From: Malacoraja senta
Taxonomy: Eukaryota
Direction: 5' to 3'
Assembly: GCA_038087875.1 (NCBI GenBank)
Contig: CM075990.1
Span: 14,262,001-14,326,000, forward strand
DNA: 64,000 bases
A model generated the notes under the pieces. It saw nothing but the letters and a program-made list of their open reading frames with translations, was not told the DNA's origin and ran no database searches. Within the stretch, counting starts at the first letter, position 1. Every line of letters begins with the position of its first letter. Shown piece after piece: positions 47,906 to 60,490 of the stretch. Position numbers and translations under genes: made by a program.

Positions 47906-49964
47906 GTCCAACCGACAGATATCATTGTTCTAATTCCCAACTGGTGCAAACAACAAAAACATTTGACTCTGTGCTAAGGAGCGAATAACACTGTGAGATA
48001 GTAATTAGTTAAATTGAATTGGTCCAATACTTTCATAAATGAGATGTACCTGTTCCAGACAAATAGTTTGTTTCAGAACAGATTTACACAGCTCCTCCTA
48101 TCCTGTATGTTCCTGGCTGGGTCTTATCCTCCTTATAATCCTATTGCTTACTTTTGGCTTCTGTGTACATGATTGGAACGCCATCCTCTGGCAAGGCGAG
48201 GCTTCATTCCCAGAGATTCTTTGCCTTGCTAGCAGAGTCCTCACAGAGCATCTTTCCAGCAGCCAGTCAAAAGAATACCATCATGTTATATTCATACATT
48301 CAGTTCATACAAATGAGTGGCCCACACACGTTGTTTATCAATAAATGGTTATTGTTCTTCATCGTGCATATTTTCTTTCTGTGAACCTCAGCATTTCTCT
48401 GTCTTGCTTGCAGAGTCCAGCTGGAGTCCATCAGGACACCCGACATCTTGCCTCCCTCTGGCCATTCCCTTGTGGTGTATCCAATGGTATTGTACAGCGG
48501 AGATCGGGCTGGTTCTCCACTGACATTATCTCCAGCAACTTTATGGCCTGTTCTGATGCCTTGGCTTTCCCGACGACAAGCTGTCAGGGTGATGCTGCTT
48601 TTGCACCCCTCTACGTTCGTGGCCTTGTCATCCCTTTTCCTTTCCCTTGACCAGTGTTGACTTGGTGGGGGCTCCATCCTCTGGCAAGTAGAAGCTTCAT
48701 TACCAAACATTTTCTGTCTTGCTAGCAGAGTCCTCCCAGGACAGCATGTCTGTCTATTTGACATCTTGCTTCCAGGCATTTCCATGTGATAAATTGAAAT
48801 TAACATAAGGATGTGTTATCTTGCAAGCGCTGTAACTGGGAAACGTTAGAGGCTTCAAGTCAGTGGCAATTTATAGGACTTTCTAAAGGGGTCCCATTCA
48901 CTCTAGTTTTTCAAACTATTACAAGCTTCTTATCGTTCTGCCAGATTTACTAGCCTAGCCATTGCAAAGAAACAGATTACAGCAATTGGAAAGACACTGC
49001 CAACCTGTATCCATCCCCTACCTGTATCATGATCAGTCACGACAACAGCAAGTTATGTTCATATCAAACAAGAACCGAACTCCAAGTTCATTGTGGCCGT
49101 TCTGGTCTTCATCCTTTTATCATTACCATTTTTTGCCACCTATTGATGAAGGTTCAAATGCCTATTCCAGCACCATACATTGTCACAATACCATTACTAA
49201 TAAATTATGGCACAATCCACAAGATCAAATACTGGTCTGAACGACATGCATGATTCTAAACTAAGCACTACAAATAGAGAAACAGGACATCCACATGACA
49301 GACTATGGGAGTGAAATATTACATCTCTTTTCAGAGGCTCTTAAAATACCGTTTGTCAGGAATAAAATATTACGCTATTTTTGGTAGCTTTTTACATACC
49401 TTTTGTTGGACTGGGCGAGAGAGGGGAACAGATGCACTGGATCTCCTCAGACAGGACAGCGACTCTCAGCTTGGATGCCTTATAGAATCTCATCCTCCAG
49501 GGATACTGATCCTCAATAGCTCTACAATTGCCAATCTGTCACATCTTTCAGTACAGATCAATCTCAAATTAATATCCAGGACACTGCAGGTTTATCAGTA
49601 AATGATAGTTGTTCTTCATTCTGCTTCTTTTGTGATCCTGGGATTTTTCTGTCTTGCTAGCAGTGTCCTCCCAGAGCATGTCAGGATCCTGGACATCTTT
49701 CTTTTGGCCAAGTCCTTGTGGTGAAGCTAATAGTATTGCACAGTGGAGACCAGCCTACTTCACCAATAACTAACTCCACCCCCCTCTGGTCTGTGGTGAT
49801 GTTTTGGTTTCCCCAGAGAAGAGAAGTGTCAGGGTTCTATTGCTCCTGCCCTCCTGTATGTCATGGCTGTGCCTTTTCCTCCTACTTTTGATCCGTGTTG
49901 ACTTGGTGTCCTCTGGCAAGTAGAGGCTTCATTCCCGGACACCTTGGCTTTCAGGTGTGGCTTT

Positions 49965-50085
49965 ACCTTCACGTGGTCCACCCTGTTTCAACGAATGCAA
50001 TCAACCTGGCGTGCACAAACAAAAGATCAAACAGAACAAGTTGTCTTACAACTTTAGGCTGTGCACGCCATACGCAAGAAGAAGA
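49965..50085 (+). mobile_element. Short (AAG)n-tailed retroposon with 12-bp TSD
   Basis: TSD AGGTGTGGCTTT at 49953-49964 and 50086-50097; near-identical to 38771-38888. Confidence 0.85.
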
Positions 50086-50989
50086 AGGTGTGGCTTTCTG
50101 CACATTCCTTCTGGCAACCTGAGGTGGCTTGAGTTGGCGTTGCAATTTCCATCACCTGGCAATTTGGACATCCTGTAATGTTGTAGTTAACACTCAAGTG
50201 TCTGTTTTCTTGCAAGTGCTGCATCTAGGAGAGGTTATTGGGTTGAAAGCAGGGGCAGCTTAGAAAAACTTTCTTCAGGGGATCCGTTAAGTTCCACATC
50301 ACTGGTTGCTCAGACAAACTATTACAAACTTCTAAATACCTTCTGCCAGATTTATCATTAGAGCTATGGTAAAGAAGCAGATTATAGCTATTGGAGAGAT
50401 ATTGCATCCATCCACAATCATAATATGGATTAATCAATACAACATGTTATGTTCACATCACACAAGAACAAGCCTGCAAGTTATCACGGTCACCATCTTC
50501 GATTATCTATTGATGAATGCTCAAGCAGGCTCAGCCTATTCCTCACTTTCCATTGTGGCTAAATAACAAAAATGTTCTAACCAGCCTGAAGTGGTCTAAA
50601 CTTCACTTGAAGGCTACATATGTAAGCAAATAAAGTAATAAGACATCCTGACTAAATAAAATGCAAATTGCAGCTCTTGTTGATGCCTCAAAAGACTCTC
50701 AGCAGCCCAGGAACTGGTCTTTCAAGGTTAAAGAACAGCATCTTCCCATCAAGTTCTTGAACCACATTGCACCAGCAAAACACTCTTTCTAAACCACAAC
50801 AGACTGCATCACAATGGCTGCTCCGCAAAGATTGTTTCTTTGTATTATCATGGTCTACTTTTCTATAACTTGTAACAACATAATATATGTTTGAGACAAG
50901 ATATCCATCAGATTGCTATAATGGATATCAACTCCAATATATATGCCAAGATACCAATTTCTTTTTCTTTATTTGTTATTGCTTAGCAT

Positions 50990-53900
50990 GTGTTTTCTTT
51001 TGACCAGTGAGGGCTCAGTTCATCGGTAAAAAGATGCGTAATTCCCAGAGATACTATCTTGCCAGCAGAATCCTCCCAGAACTGGTCAGGCTATTTGACA
51101 TCTTTCTTCTGGCTTTGCCCATCTGACAAATCCAATGACACTGCAAAGAGACCAGCTTGATTCTCAATCGCCGTTAGCTCCAGCTACTTCGGGTCAGTTG
51201 TGATGCCTTGGTTTACCCAGTGACAATCCATGGTTGGGTCTGATGCTGCTGTTCTTCCCCTGCATGTTCCTTCCTCATTTTGTCCAGTGTTGACTTGGGT
51301 GTAGGTTCTGTCCTGTGACAAGGATAGGCTTCATTACCAGCGATCCATTGGCTTTCAGGTGTCGCGTTCTGCATTTGTCGTAACTACCATTGGCACTTGC
51401 TCCTCTTCATCTTTTCTCCGACCTCCGGCACCCACCGCGGGCCCGTCTTCGTCCAACCTCCGGCACCCACCGCGGGCTGGTCTTCAGCTGCCGAATCTTC
51501 TCTTGGATGGCACACCTTGCTCTCTTCAACATCCTCGCTTGTGTTTCCCACCATCAAGCAGTGTCAGTTATGATGCTCATGAACTCCTGTTTGGTCCTGG
51601 CTGGGTCTTTTCCTTCTCGTCATCACTGGTGCTTTCACTTCTTCAGTGTTTAATCGGTAATGGCTCCATTTTCAGGGAAATAGATGTACCATTTCTGGAG
51701 AATCTGCCTGCTAACAGAGTCCTCCCTGAGCTGGTCAGTTGATTTGACATCTTTCTTCTGGCTTTGCCCTGATGAATCCAATGACGCTGCAAAGAGGAGA
51801 CCGGTTCTCAATTGTCGTTAGCTCCAGCTACGTCTGGTGAATTGTGATGCCTTGGTTTTCCCAGTGACAATCCGTAGTAGGGTTCTGAAGCTCCTGTTCC
51901 TCCCATGTATGTTCCTTCCTCATTTTATCCAGTGTTGACTTGCGTGTGGGTTCTGTGACAAAGATAGGCTTCATTACCAGAGATCCATTGGCTTTCAGGT
52001 GTTGCTTTCAGCATTTGACGTAACTACCATTGGCACTTGCTCCTCTTCGTCTTCTCCCCGACCTCCAGTACCCACCGAGGGCCCGTCTTCGTCCAACCTC
52101 CTGAACCTATCGCGGGCCCGTCTTCAGCTGCCACTTGAACGGCACCATCCGTCTTCCTCGCTCCTTAACCGTCTTGCTTGGGTGACGAAAGTAGGTCATT
52201 TGTCGTAACTCTTTGCCTCTTGCTCCTCTTCTTCTACATCCAACCTCCGGCACCCACCGCGGGCCCATCTTGGTCCAACCTCCGGCACCCACCGCGGGCC
52301 GGTCTTGGTCCAACCTTCGGCACCCACCGCAGGCCGGTCTTCAGCTGCCGAATCCTCTCTTGGACGGCACACCTTGCTCTCTTTAACATCCTCGCTTGTG
52401 TTTCCCACCAACGAGCAGTGTCAGTTATGATGCTCATGCTCTCCTGTTTGGTCCTGGCTGGGTCTTTTCCTTCTCGGTATCACTGGTGCTTTCTTTTGTT
52501 CAGTGTTGAATTGGTGATGGCTCCATCTTCAGTCAAAGATGCATCATTCCTGGAGATTCTGCCTTGCTAGCAGAGTCCTTCCATAGCTGGTCAGGCTATT
52601 TGACATCTTTCTTCTGGCTTTGCCCTGATGGTGAATCCAATGACCAGCTTGGTACTCAATCGTCGTTAACTCCAGCTATTTCTGGTCAGTTGTGATGCCT
52701 TGGTTTTCCCAGAGACAATCCATGATCGGGTTCTGATGTTCCTTCCTCATTTTGTCCAGTGTTGATTTGGGAGTGGGTTCTGTCCTGTGACAAGGATAGG
52801 CTTCATTACCAGAGATCCCTTGGCTTTCAAGTGTTGCTTTCATCATTTGACGTAAGTACCATTGGCACTTGCTCCTCGTTGTCTTCCACCCGACCTCCAG
52901 CACCCACCGAGGGCCCCGTCTTCGTCCAACCTCCGGAACCTATCGCGGGCACGTCTTCAGCTGCCAAGTCCTCACTTGGATGGCACCATCCGTCTTCCTC
53001 GCTCCTTAACCGTCTTGCTTGGGTGACGAAAGTAGGTAATTTGTCGTAACTCTTTGCCTCTTGCTCCTCTTCTTCTACATCCAACCTCCGGCACCCTCCG
53101 CAGGCCCGTCTTCGTCCAACCTCCGGCACCCACCGTGGGCCCGTCTTGGTCCAACCTCCGTCACCCACCGAGGGCCCGTCTTGGTCCAACCTCCGGCACC
53201 CACCGCGGGCTGGTCTTCAGCTGCCGAATCCTCTCTTGGACGGCACACCATGCTCTCTTTAACATCCTCGCTTGTGTTTCCCACCAACGAGCAGTGTCAG
53301 TTATGATGCTCATGCTCTCCTGTTTGGTCCTGGCTGGGTCTTTTCCTTCTCGGTATCACTGGTGCTTTCTTTTGTTCAGTGTTGAATTGGTGATGGCTCC
53401 ATCTTCAGTCAAAGATGCATCATTCCTGGAGATTCTGCCTTGCTAGCAGAGTTCTTCCATAGCTGGTCAGGCTATTTGACATCTTTCTTCTGGCTTTGCC
53501 CTGATGGTGAATCCAATGACCAGCTTGGTTCTCAATCGTCGTTAACTCCAGCTATTTCAGGTCAGTTGTGATGCCTTGGTTTTCCCAGAGACAATCCATG
53601 ATCGGGTTCTGATGCTCCTGTTCCTCTCTTGTATGTTCCTTCCTCATTTTGTCCAGTGTTGATTTGGGTGTAGGTTCTGTCCTGTGACAAGGATAGGCTT
53701 CATTACCAGAGATCCCTTGGCTTTCAGGTGTTGCTTTCTGCATTTGACGTAACTACCATTGGCACTTGCTCCTCTTCGTCTTCTCCCCGACCACCGGCAC
53801 CCACCGAGGGCCCGTCTTTGTCCAACCTCTGGAACCCATCGCGGGCCCGTCTTCAGCTGCTGACTCCTCTCTTGGATGGCACCATCCGTCTTCCTCGCTC

Positions 53901-56500
53901 CTTAACCGTCTTGCTTGGGTGACGAAATTAGGTCATTTGTCATAACTCTTTGTCGCTTGCTCCTCTTCTTCTTTGTCCAACGTCCGGCACCCACCGCGGG
54001 CCCATCTTGGTCCAACCACCGAGGGTCCATCTTGGTCCAACCTCCGGCACCCACCGAGGGCCCGTCTTCATCCAACCTCCGGCACCCACCGCGGGCCCAT
54101 CTTGGTCCAACTTCCGGCACCCACTGCAGGCCCGTCTTCAGCTGCCGAATCCTCTCTTGGACAGCACACTTTGCTCTCTTTAACCTCTTCGCTTGTGTTT
54201 CCCACCAACAAGCAGTGTCAGTTATGATGCTCATGATCTCCTGTTTGGTCCTGCCTGGGTCTTTTCCTCCTCGTCATCATTATCACTGGTGCTTTCCTTT
54301 ATTCAGTGTTGAATTGGTGATGGCTCCATCTTCAGTCAAAAAGGTGCATCATTCCTGGAGATTCTGCCTTGCTAGCAGAGTCCTTCCATAGCTGATCAGG
54401 CTATTCAGCATCTTTTTTCTGGCTTTGACCCGATGGTGAATCCAAAGACACTGCAAAGAGGAGACCAGCTTGGTTCTCAATCGTCGTTAGTTCCAGCTAC
54501 TTCTGGTCAGTTGTGATGCCTTGGTTTTCCAAGAGACAATGCATGGTTGGGTTCTGATGCTCCTGTTCCACTCCTGTATGTTCCTTCTTTCTTTTGTCGA
54601 GTGTTGACTTGGGTGTGGGTTCGGTCCTGTGTCAAGGATAGGCGTCATTACCAGAGATCCCTTGGCTTTCAGGCATTGCTTTCTGCTTTTGTCGTAACTA
54701 CCATTAGCAGATGCTCCTCTTCGTCTTCTCTCCGCCCTCCGGTACCCACCGAGGGCCCGTCTTCGTCCAACCTCCGGAACCCACCATGGGCCCGTCTTCA
54801 GCTGTCGAGTCCTCTCGTGGATGGCTCCATCCGTCTTCCTCGTTCCCCGAGGGCTCACCTCACTCTCTTGAACCGTCTCGCTTGGATGACGAAAGTGGGT
54901 CATTTGTCGTATCTCTCTTTGCTTCTTGTTCCTCCTCTTCGGCATCCACCGCAGGTCCGTCCAACATCCGGCCCATCTTCAGCTGCAGAATCCCCTCTTG
55001 GACGGCTCCACCAGCCTTCGTCATTTGACGGCACATCCTTGCTTGTGTCTCGCACCAACAAGCAGCGTCACTTATGATGCTCATCATCTCCCGTTCGGTC
55101 CTGGCTGGGTCTTTTCCTTCTCGTCATCACTGGTGCTTTCTTTTGCTTAGTGTTGAATTAGTGATGGCTCCATCTTCAGGCAAAGATGCATCATTCCTGG
55201 AGATTCTGCCTTGCTAGCAGAGTCCTTCCATACCTGGTCAGGCTATTTGACATCTTTCTGGCTTTGCCCTGATGGTGAATCCAATGACACTGCAAAGAGA
55301 CCAGCTTGGTTCTCAATCGTCGTTAGCTCCAGCTACTTCTGGTCAGTTGTGATGCCTTGGTTTTCCCCAGAGACAATCCACAGTAGGGTTCTGATGCTCC
55401 TGTTCCTCTCCTGTATGTTCCTCCCTCAATTTGTCCAGTGTTGATTTGGGTGTGGGTTCTGTCCTGTGACAAAGATGGGCTTTATTACCAGAGATCCCTT
55501 GACTTTCAGGTGTCGCGTTCTGCATTTGTCATAACTACCATTGGCACTTGCTCCTTTTCGTCTTCTCTCCGACCTCCGGCACCCACCGCTGGCCCGTCTT
55601 CAGCTGCCGACTCCTCTCTTGGACGGCACCATCCGTCTTCCTCGCTCCTTAACCATCTTGCTTGGGTGAAGAAAGTAGATCATTTGTCGTAACTCTTTGC
55701 CGCTTGCTCCTCTTCTTCTACGTCCAACCTCCGGCACCCACCGCGGGCCCAACTTTTCCAACCTCCGGCCCCCACCGAGGGCCCGTCTTCGTCCAACCTC
55801 CGGCACCGTCTTCAGCTGCCGAATCCTTTCTTGGACGGCTCCACCAGCCTTCGTCATTTGACGGCACATCCTTGCTTGTGTCTCGCACCAACAAGCAGCA
55901 TCAGTTATGATGCTCATCATCTCCTATTTGGTCCTGGCTGGGTCTTTTCCTCCTTGTCATCACTGGTGCTTTCTTTTGTTCAGTGTTGAATTGGTGATGG
56001 CTCCATCTTCAGTCAAAAAGATGCATAATTCCTGGAGATTCTGCCTTGCTAGCAGAGTCCTTCCAGAGCTGGTCAGCTATTTGACATCTTTCTTATGGCT
56101 TTACCCTGATGGTGAATCCAATGACACTTCAAAGAGGGGACCAGTTCTCAATCGTCGTTAGCTCCAGCTACTTCTGGTCAGTTGTGATGTCTTGGTTTTC
56201 CCAGACACAATCCGTAGTAGGGTTCTGATGCTGCTGTTCCTACCATGTATGTTTTCTGCTCGGTCAATTCCTCCTCCTCTTGTCTAGTGTTGGCTTGGAT
56301 GGGGGTGTTTGTCCTCTGACAAGGATCGGCTTCAGAGATCCCTTGGTTTTCAGCTGTCACTTTCAGCATTTGTTGTACTTAACATTGCAAATTGCTCTTC
56401 TTTATCTTCTCTCCGGCACCCACCATGGGCCTTGTCCTCAGCCGCCAAGTCCTCTATTGGATGGCATTGCCGGCCTTTCTCACCCCTCGATGGCCAACCT
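50990..56500. repeat. Tandem array of about 7 units (640-945 bp) with a variable-copy internal 35-bp minisatellite
   Basis: Marker GACAAGGATAGGCTTCATTACCAG recurs at ~51315, 51955, 52786, 53684, 54629, 55466 and 56316; 35-mer TCCAACCTCCGGCACCCACCGCGGGCCCGTCTTCG. Confidence 0.95.
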
Positions 56501-56859
56501 CGCTCCCTTTAACAATTCAATCAAAGAAACGCCTATGCCTCACTTTGCAATGCAACTGGATAGATTAATTATGACTCTTTCTACCCAGCCTGAAGATCAA
56601 ATACTGGTCTGAATTACATTTGCGGGGTTTGTAAGTAAGCAAATAGAGATATGAGGCATCCAGACAAAATAAAATGCAAATTGCAGCTCTTGCTGGTGCC
56701 TCTTTAAAGACACTCAGCAGCCCGACAATCGTTCTTCCCAGGTTCAAGAACAACATCTTCCCATCAACCATCAGGTTCCTGAACCACATTGCACCAGCAA
56801 CACATTTCAGAACCCAAAGCACATTTCTGCTCACTTTTGCATTATGTCCATTATTTGGA

Positions 56860-57410
56860 TCGTCTTCACCAAAATAGCCGAAGCGCTCTCAATTAAACAG
56901 AATGCATCTGTCAACCACTTGGCTGTTAGATATCAAAGAAGCTCAACCTCCTCTATCTTCTCTGCTTCATGTTCCCATGCTTTTAAGGTCAAGCAAATCT
57001 TAGGGCGACTGTTCTCCTATAACGAGTCTAATAACGCCCGCATGTCTTCCAACTCAACTCTTCACAACCTAATTTCTAAGCCAAACTCAACCTTTTCCTC
57101 TGGTTTTACATGGACCATTACCAACCCTAAAACCTCTCAGGTCAGGCACTAGATGCAGGCACAGTTTTTATCAAACACCATTCACACACCATCTGTGTCC
57201 CATGCATCGCGAGCAAGCATTATGAAGTCTCTAATGTTAAAAGATTTCCAGAAATCTTTAACAGTCATTTTACCATCACCACTAGCCTCCATTACAGCAT
57301 CAAATGTTTTGTTGAGATAATAAAAATTAAACATGCTAATCACACCTGCATCCATAAGTTGGAGGGATGTAGTATTCAGTAGAAGATAAAATTGAATATT
57401 TCTGTTACTG
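56860..57410 (-). pseudogene. Tigger/pogo DDE transposase remnant
   Basis: Reverse strand LNTTSLQLMDAGVISMFNFYYLNKTF...TVKDFWKSFNIRDFIMLARDAWD matches the pogo PNTTS..QPMDQGVI motif; contains stops and frameshifts. Confidence 0.8.
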
Positions 57411-57598
57411 CACTTTAAGTTGTCACAATGCCATTACTAATAAATTATGACAAATGCTACCAAGTCTGAACATCAATTCTTCATCTGAACTACACTTGCA
57501 CGTTTCTTAATTAAGCATTACAAATAGAGTAATAGGACATCCAGACATAATAAATGCAAACAGCAGACTTAGGGAGTAAAATATTCAGCAGCTCTTAC

Positions 57599-57866
57599 CA
57601 GACCTTTAGTAGTACTGGACGAAGGAAGGTTGTAGATGTACTTCATCTTCTCGGACAGGGGACAAATTCTCTCCATGGACGGATCACGTGCAGGATCACG
57701 TCCACAACCTGGGTAAGTTAAGCCCACTGGCCTTCAGTGAGTCGATGACATCTGAGCTCCGGTTGCACTGATTTCATCCTTCAGATAGATCTCGGATGAT
57801 CTCCCTAAGGAGCACCTCGTGGGGTTCCAGGCAGTGCGGGGTTTCCATTCAGATCCACGGTATGAC
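57599..57866 (-). other. Exon-like module paralogous to 44448-44602
   Basis: Acceptor ttgtattttag, donor CTG|gtaaga; stops in all three frames, so non-coding or UTR if real. Confidence 0.3.
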
Positions 57867-57879
57867 CTAAAATACAATT

Positions 57880-58200
57880 GACAATAGACAATAGGTGCAG
57901 GAGTAGGCCTTTCGGCCCTACGAGCCAGCAGTCATTCAATGTGATCATGGTTGATCATCCCCGATCAGTACCACGTTCCTGCCTTCTCCCCATATCCCCT
58001 GACTCCGCTATTTTTAAGAGCCCCATCTAGCTCTCTCTTGAAAGCATCCAGAGAACCTGCCTCCACTGCCCTCTGAGGCAGAGAATTCCACACTCACCAC
58101 TCTGTGAGAAAAAGTGTTTCCTCATCTCTGTTCTAAATGGCTTACTCCTTATTCTTAAACTGTGGCCCCTGGTTCTGGACTCCCCCAACATCGGGAACAA
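57880..58200 (-). mobile_element. CR1 3' tail fragment
   Basis: (GACAATA)n, GGTGCAGGAGTAGGCC and GGCAGAGAATTCCACA, all the reverse complement of a CR1 end. Confidence 0.85.
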
Positions 58201-58249
58201 GTCCTACAGTAAGATTGTTACACCTAAGGTACTGGAAGAGAGAAAGTGG

Positions 58250-58939
58250 GTGACAGTGAGAAAGGGAGGGAAACTTGGAATGCAAAGGTCCCCGGGTGTT
58301 GTACCTCTTGTGAACAGGTTCACCCACTTAGAAGCTGTCGGGACAGAAGACGTCATCACACTGAGCGGCGGACTGGCTTGCGAAGCAAAAAGGGCTGTTG
58401 AGCCAAAACAAAAGAGGCCAACGTCAGGTAACGCCATTGTAGTGGGAGACTCCATTGTGAGAGGTACGGACAGGGGTTTCTGTGGCAACAGACGGGATTC
58501 GAGGATGGTGTGTTGCCTTCCTGATTCCAGGATCCAGGATGTCACGGACAGAGTGCAGAAAATCCTCAAGGGCGAAGGTGAACAGCCGGAAGTGGTAGTG
58601 CATGTCGGCACAAACGATGTCGGAAAGAAGGGGATGAATATTCTGCAGCGTGGCTTTAGAGAGCTCGGAAAAATGCTGAAAAGCAGGACCTCCAGGGTTG
58701 TTATCTCCGGTTTGCTTTCAGTTCCTCGTGCTGGCGAGAGCAGAAACAGGGAGATATGGGACCTGAATGTGTGGCTGAGGAACTGGTGCAGGGGGCAGGG
58801 ATTTAGATTCTTAGATCACTGGGATCTGTTTTGGAGGAAGGGGGAACTGTACAAAAGGGACGGATTGCATCTTAACAGGTGGGGGACCAGCATTCTAGCA
58901 GGCAGGTTTGCCACTGCTACACGGGTGGTTTTAAACTGA
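58250..58939 (+). CDS. CR1 ORF1 SGNH/GDSL esterase-like domain (transposon-encoded, probably 5'-truncated)
   Basis: 229-codon open frame with blocks IVVGDSIVRG, VVVHVGTND and DGLHLN. Confidence 0.88.
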   Translation: MTVRKGGKLGMQRSPGVVPLVNRFTHLEAVGTEDVITLSGGLACEAKRAVEPKQKRPTSGNAIVVGDSIVRGTDRGFCGNRRDSRMVCCLPDSRIQDVTDRVQKILKGEGEQPEVVVHVGTNDVGKKGMNILQRGFRELGKMLKSRTSRVVISGLLSVPRAGESRNREIWDLNVWLRNWCRGQGFRFLDHWDLFWRKGELYKRDGLHLNRWGTSILAGRFATATRVVLN

Positions 58940-59224
58940 ATAAGGGGGGTGGGGTGTCAAATGGCAAGGCTCGAAATTAGAGGTTGCCCGGGTGCCACTG
59001 ACCACTCAAAGCGCCGCCGGGCAACCTAAACACCGAGTCATTTTGCCCGGCTTGGCAACCAGATACTGGTTTGTACCGAAGATAGACACAAAAAACTGGA
59101 ATAACTCCGCGGGTCAGGCAGCATCTCTGGAGAAAAGGAATGCGACGTTTTGTGTCGGCTGTATTGTGTCGGAAAGGTACTAGGTGCGGGGTGAGGAAGG
59201 GTCGGAGCGAATGACGGCACCGAA

Positions 59225-59488
59225 CAGCGGCAGCAACGGCTCCATCTCCGCCTCCTCCCGCCCGCCCTGATAAGGGCCTCTGCTTGTAAACCCGCTAACG
59301 GCGATAACCGCTTTCGAAACAAACCCTCCCGCACGCCGAGGCCGGGAGGAGGGAGGGAGGGGGAGGCCTCGGCGTGCGGGAGGGTTTGTTTTGAAAGCCC
59401 GTTAGCGGGTTTACAAGCGGAGGCCCTTATCAGGGCTGGCGGGGGGCCGGAGGAGGAGCAGATGGAGCCGCGGCCGCTGCTGCCGCTG
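59225..59488. repeat. GC-rich long inverted repeat
   Basis: Arms 59225-59343 and 59365-59488 (e.g. GCCCTGATAAGGGCCTC / GAGGCCCTTATCAGGGC and AAACAAACCCTCCCGCACGCCGAGGCC / GGCCTCGGCGTGCGGGAGGGTTTGTTT), with a 21-nt purine loop. Confidence 0.92.
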
Positions 59489-59689
59489 TGCGAAGCCCGT
59501 CATTCGCTTCGACTCGTCTGAAGCCGCTGCACCAAAGATCTTATAGCTATAGGATCTCTGAGCTGCACCGCCCGGCCCCGCACCTTGCTGTTGGCTGGCG
59601 GAGGAGGGAGGCGGTGGCGAGGAGTTCCCAACGGCCAAGGCAGAGGGGCGATGTTGACCGAGGAGCGCTGACCTTCCTTCCTCCCCACC

Positions 59690-60490
59690 TCGCCCCCCCT
59701 CTCTCTCTCTCTCGTACGCCCCTCCACCCCCTTATCATGTGACCCCTCCACTCCATCCCGCACTGATCCCCATTCCCGCGTCTATTCAGTCCTCACTGAC
59801 ATCCCCTGTGCTCCCCTCCACATCTACCCCCCCCCCCCCATCTATTCATCCTGCGCTGATCACCCTATCCACCTCGCATTGATTCTCCTGCCACCCCCCC
59901 TCCCCCATCCATCCTACACTGGTTCCCCAATACACCCTGTACTTACCCCTTTCCCATCCATCCTGCACTTCTCCTCCATCCATCCTGTACTAATCCACGC
60001 ATTCATCCCGTACTGACCCACCCTCCATTTACCCTGCACCTTCCCCCCTTCATCCTGTAGTGATCCCCCATTCATCCTGCACACCCTCCAATCCACACTG
60101 CACTGACCCCCCCCCCCCCATTCATCCTGTGCTGATATCCCCCCCTCCCCCCATCCATCCTGTACTGATCCTCCCATTCAAGAATGGGGGGAACAGTCTG
60201 AAGAAGGGTCTCGACCCAAAACATTGCCTATTTCCTTCGCTCCATAGATGCTGCCTCACCCGCTGAGTTTCTCCAGCACTTTTGTCTACCCCCATCCATC
60301 CCGTACTGAACCCCCCCATTCAACACCACTGACATCCCCGGTGCTCTCCCCTCACAATTTTACCTACTCCAACCAACACGTACTAATTCACCTGCCTCAA
60401 TCCATCCATTCTGCACCGACTGCCTTCTAATCCCCCACCCCCACCATCTATCCACCCCGCACTGATTCACACACACACCCCTCCCTAACC
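59690..60490. repeat. C-rich degenerate minisatellite with an inserted hammerhead-core repeat (~60195-60290)
   Basis: Recurrent CCCCATCCATCCTGTACTGA units separated by C runs. Confidence 0.8.

Noticed and set aside
51420..55810. 35-bp repeats as a CRISPR array
   Set aside because: Repeats are directly adjacent with no unique spacers, there are no cas genes, and the context is vertebrate.
51359..56161. Repeated 60-176 aa ORFs in the array as a repetitive protein gene
   Set aside because: Frames shift with 35-mer copy number, stops differ between units, and similar ORFs occur on both strands.
51190..56230. GTGATGC...CTGA in each array unit as C/D-box snoRNAs, or miRNA hairpins
   Set aside because: The C box is imperfect and the span is only ~45 nt; I saw no long conserved hairpin per unit.
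57880..58250. Inverted CR1 tail as a twin-priming product of the adjacent long CR1
   Set aside because: Its sequence differs from the long element's own 3' region (63840-63990), so an independent insertion is more likely.
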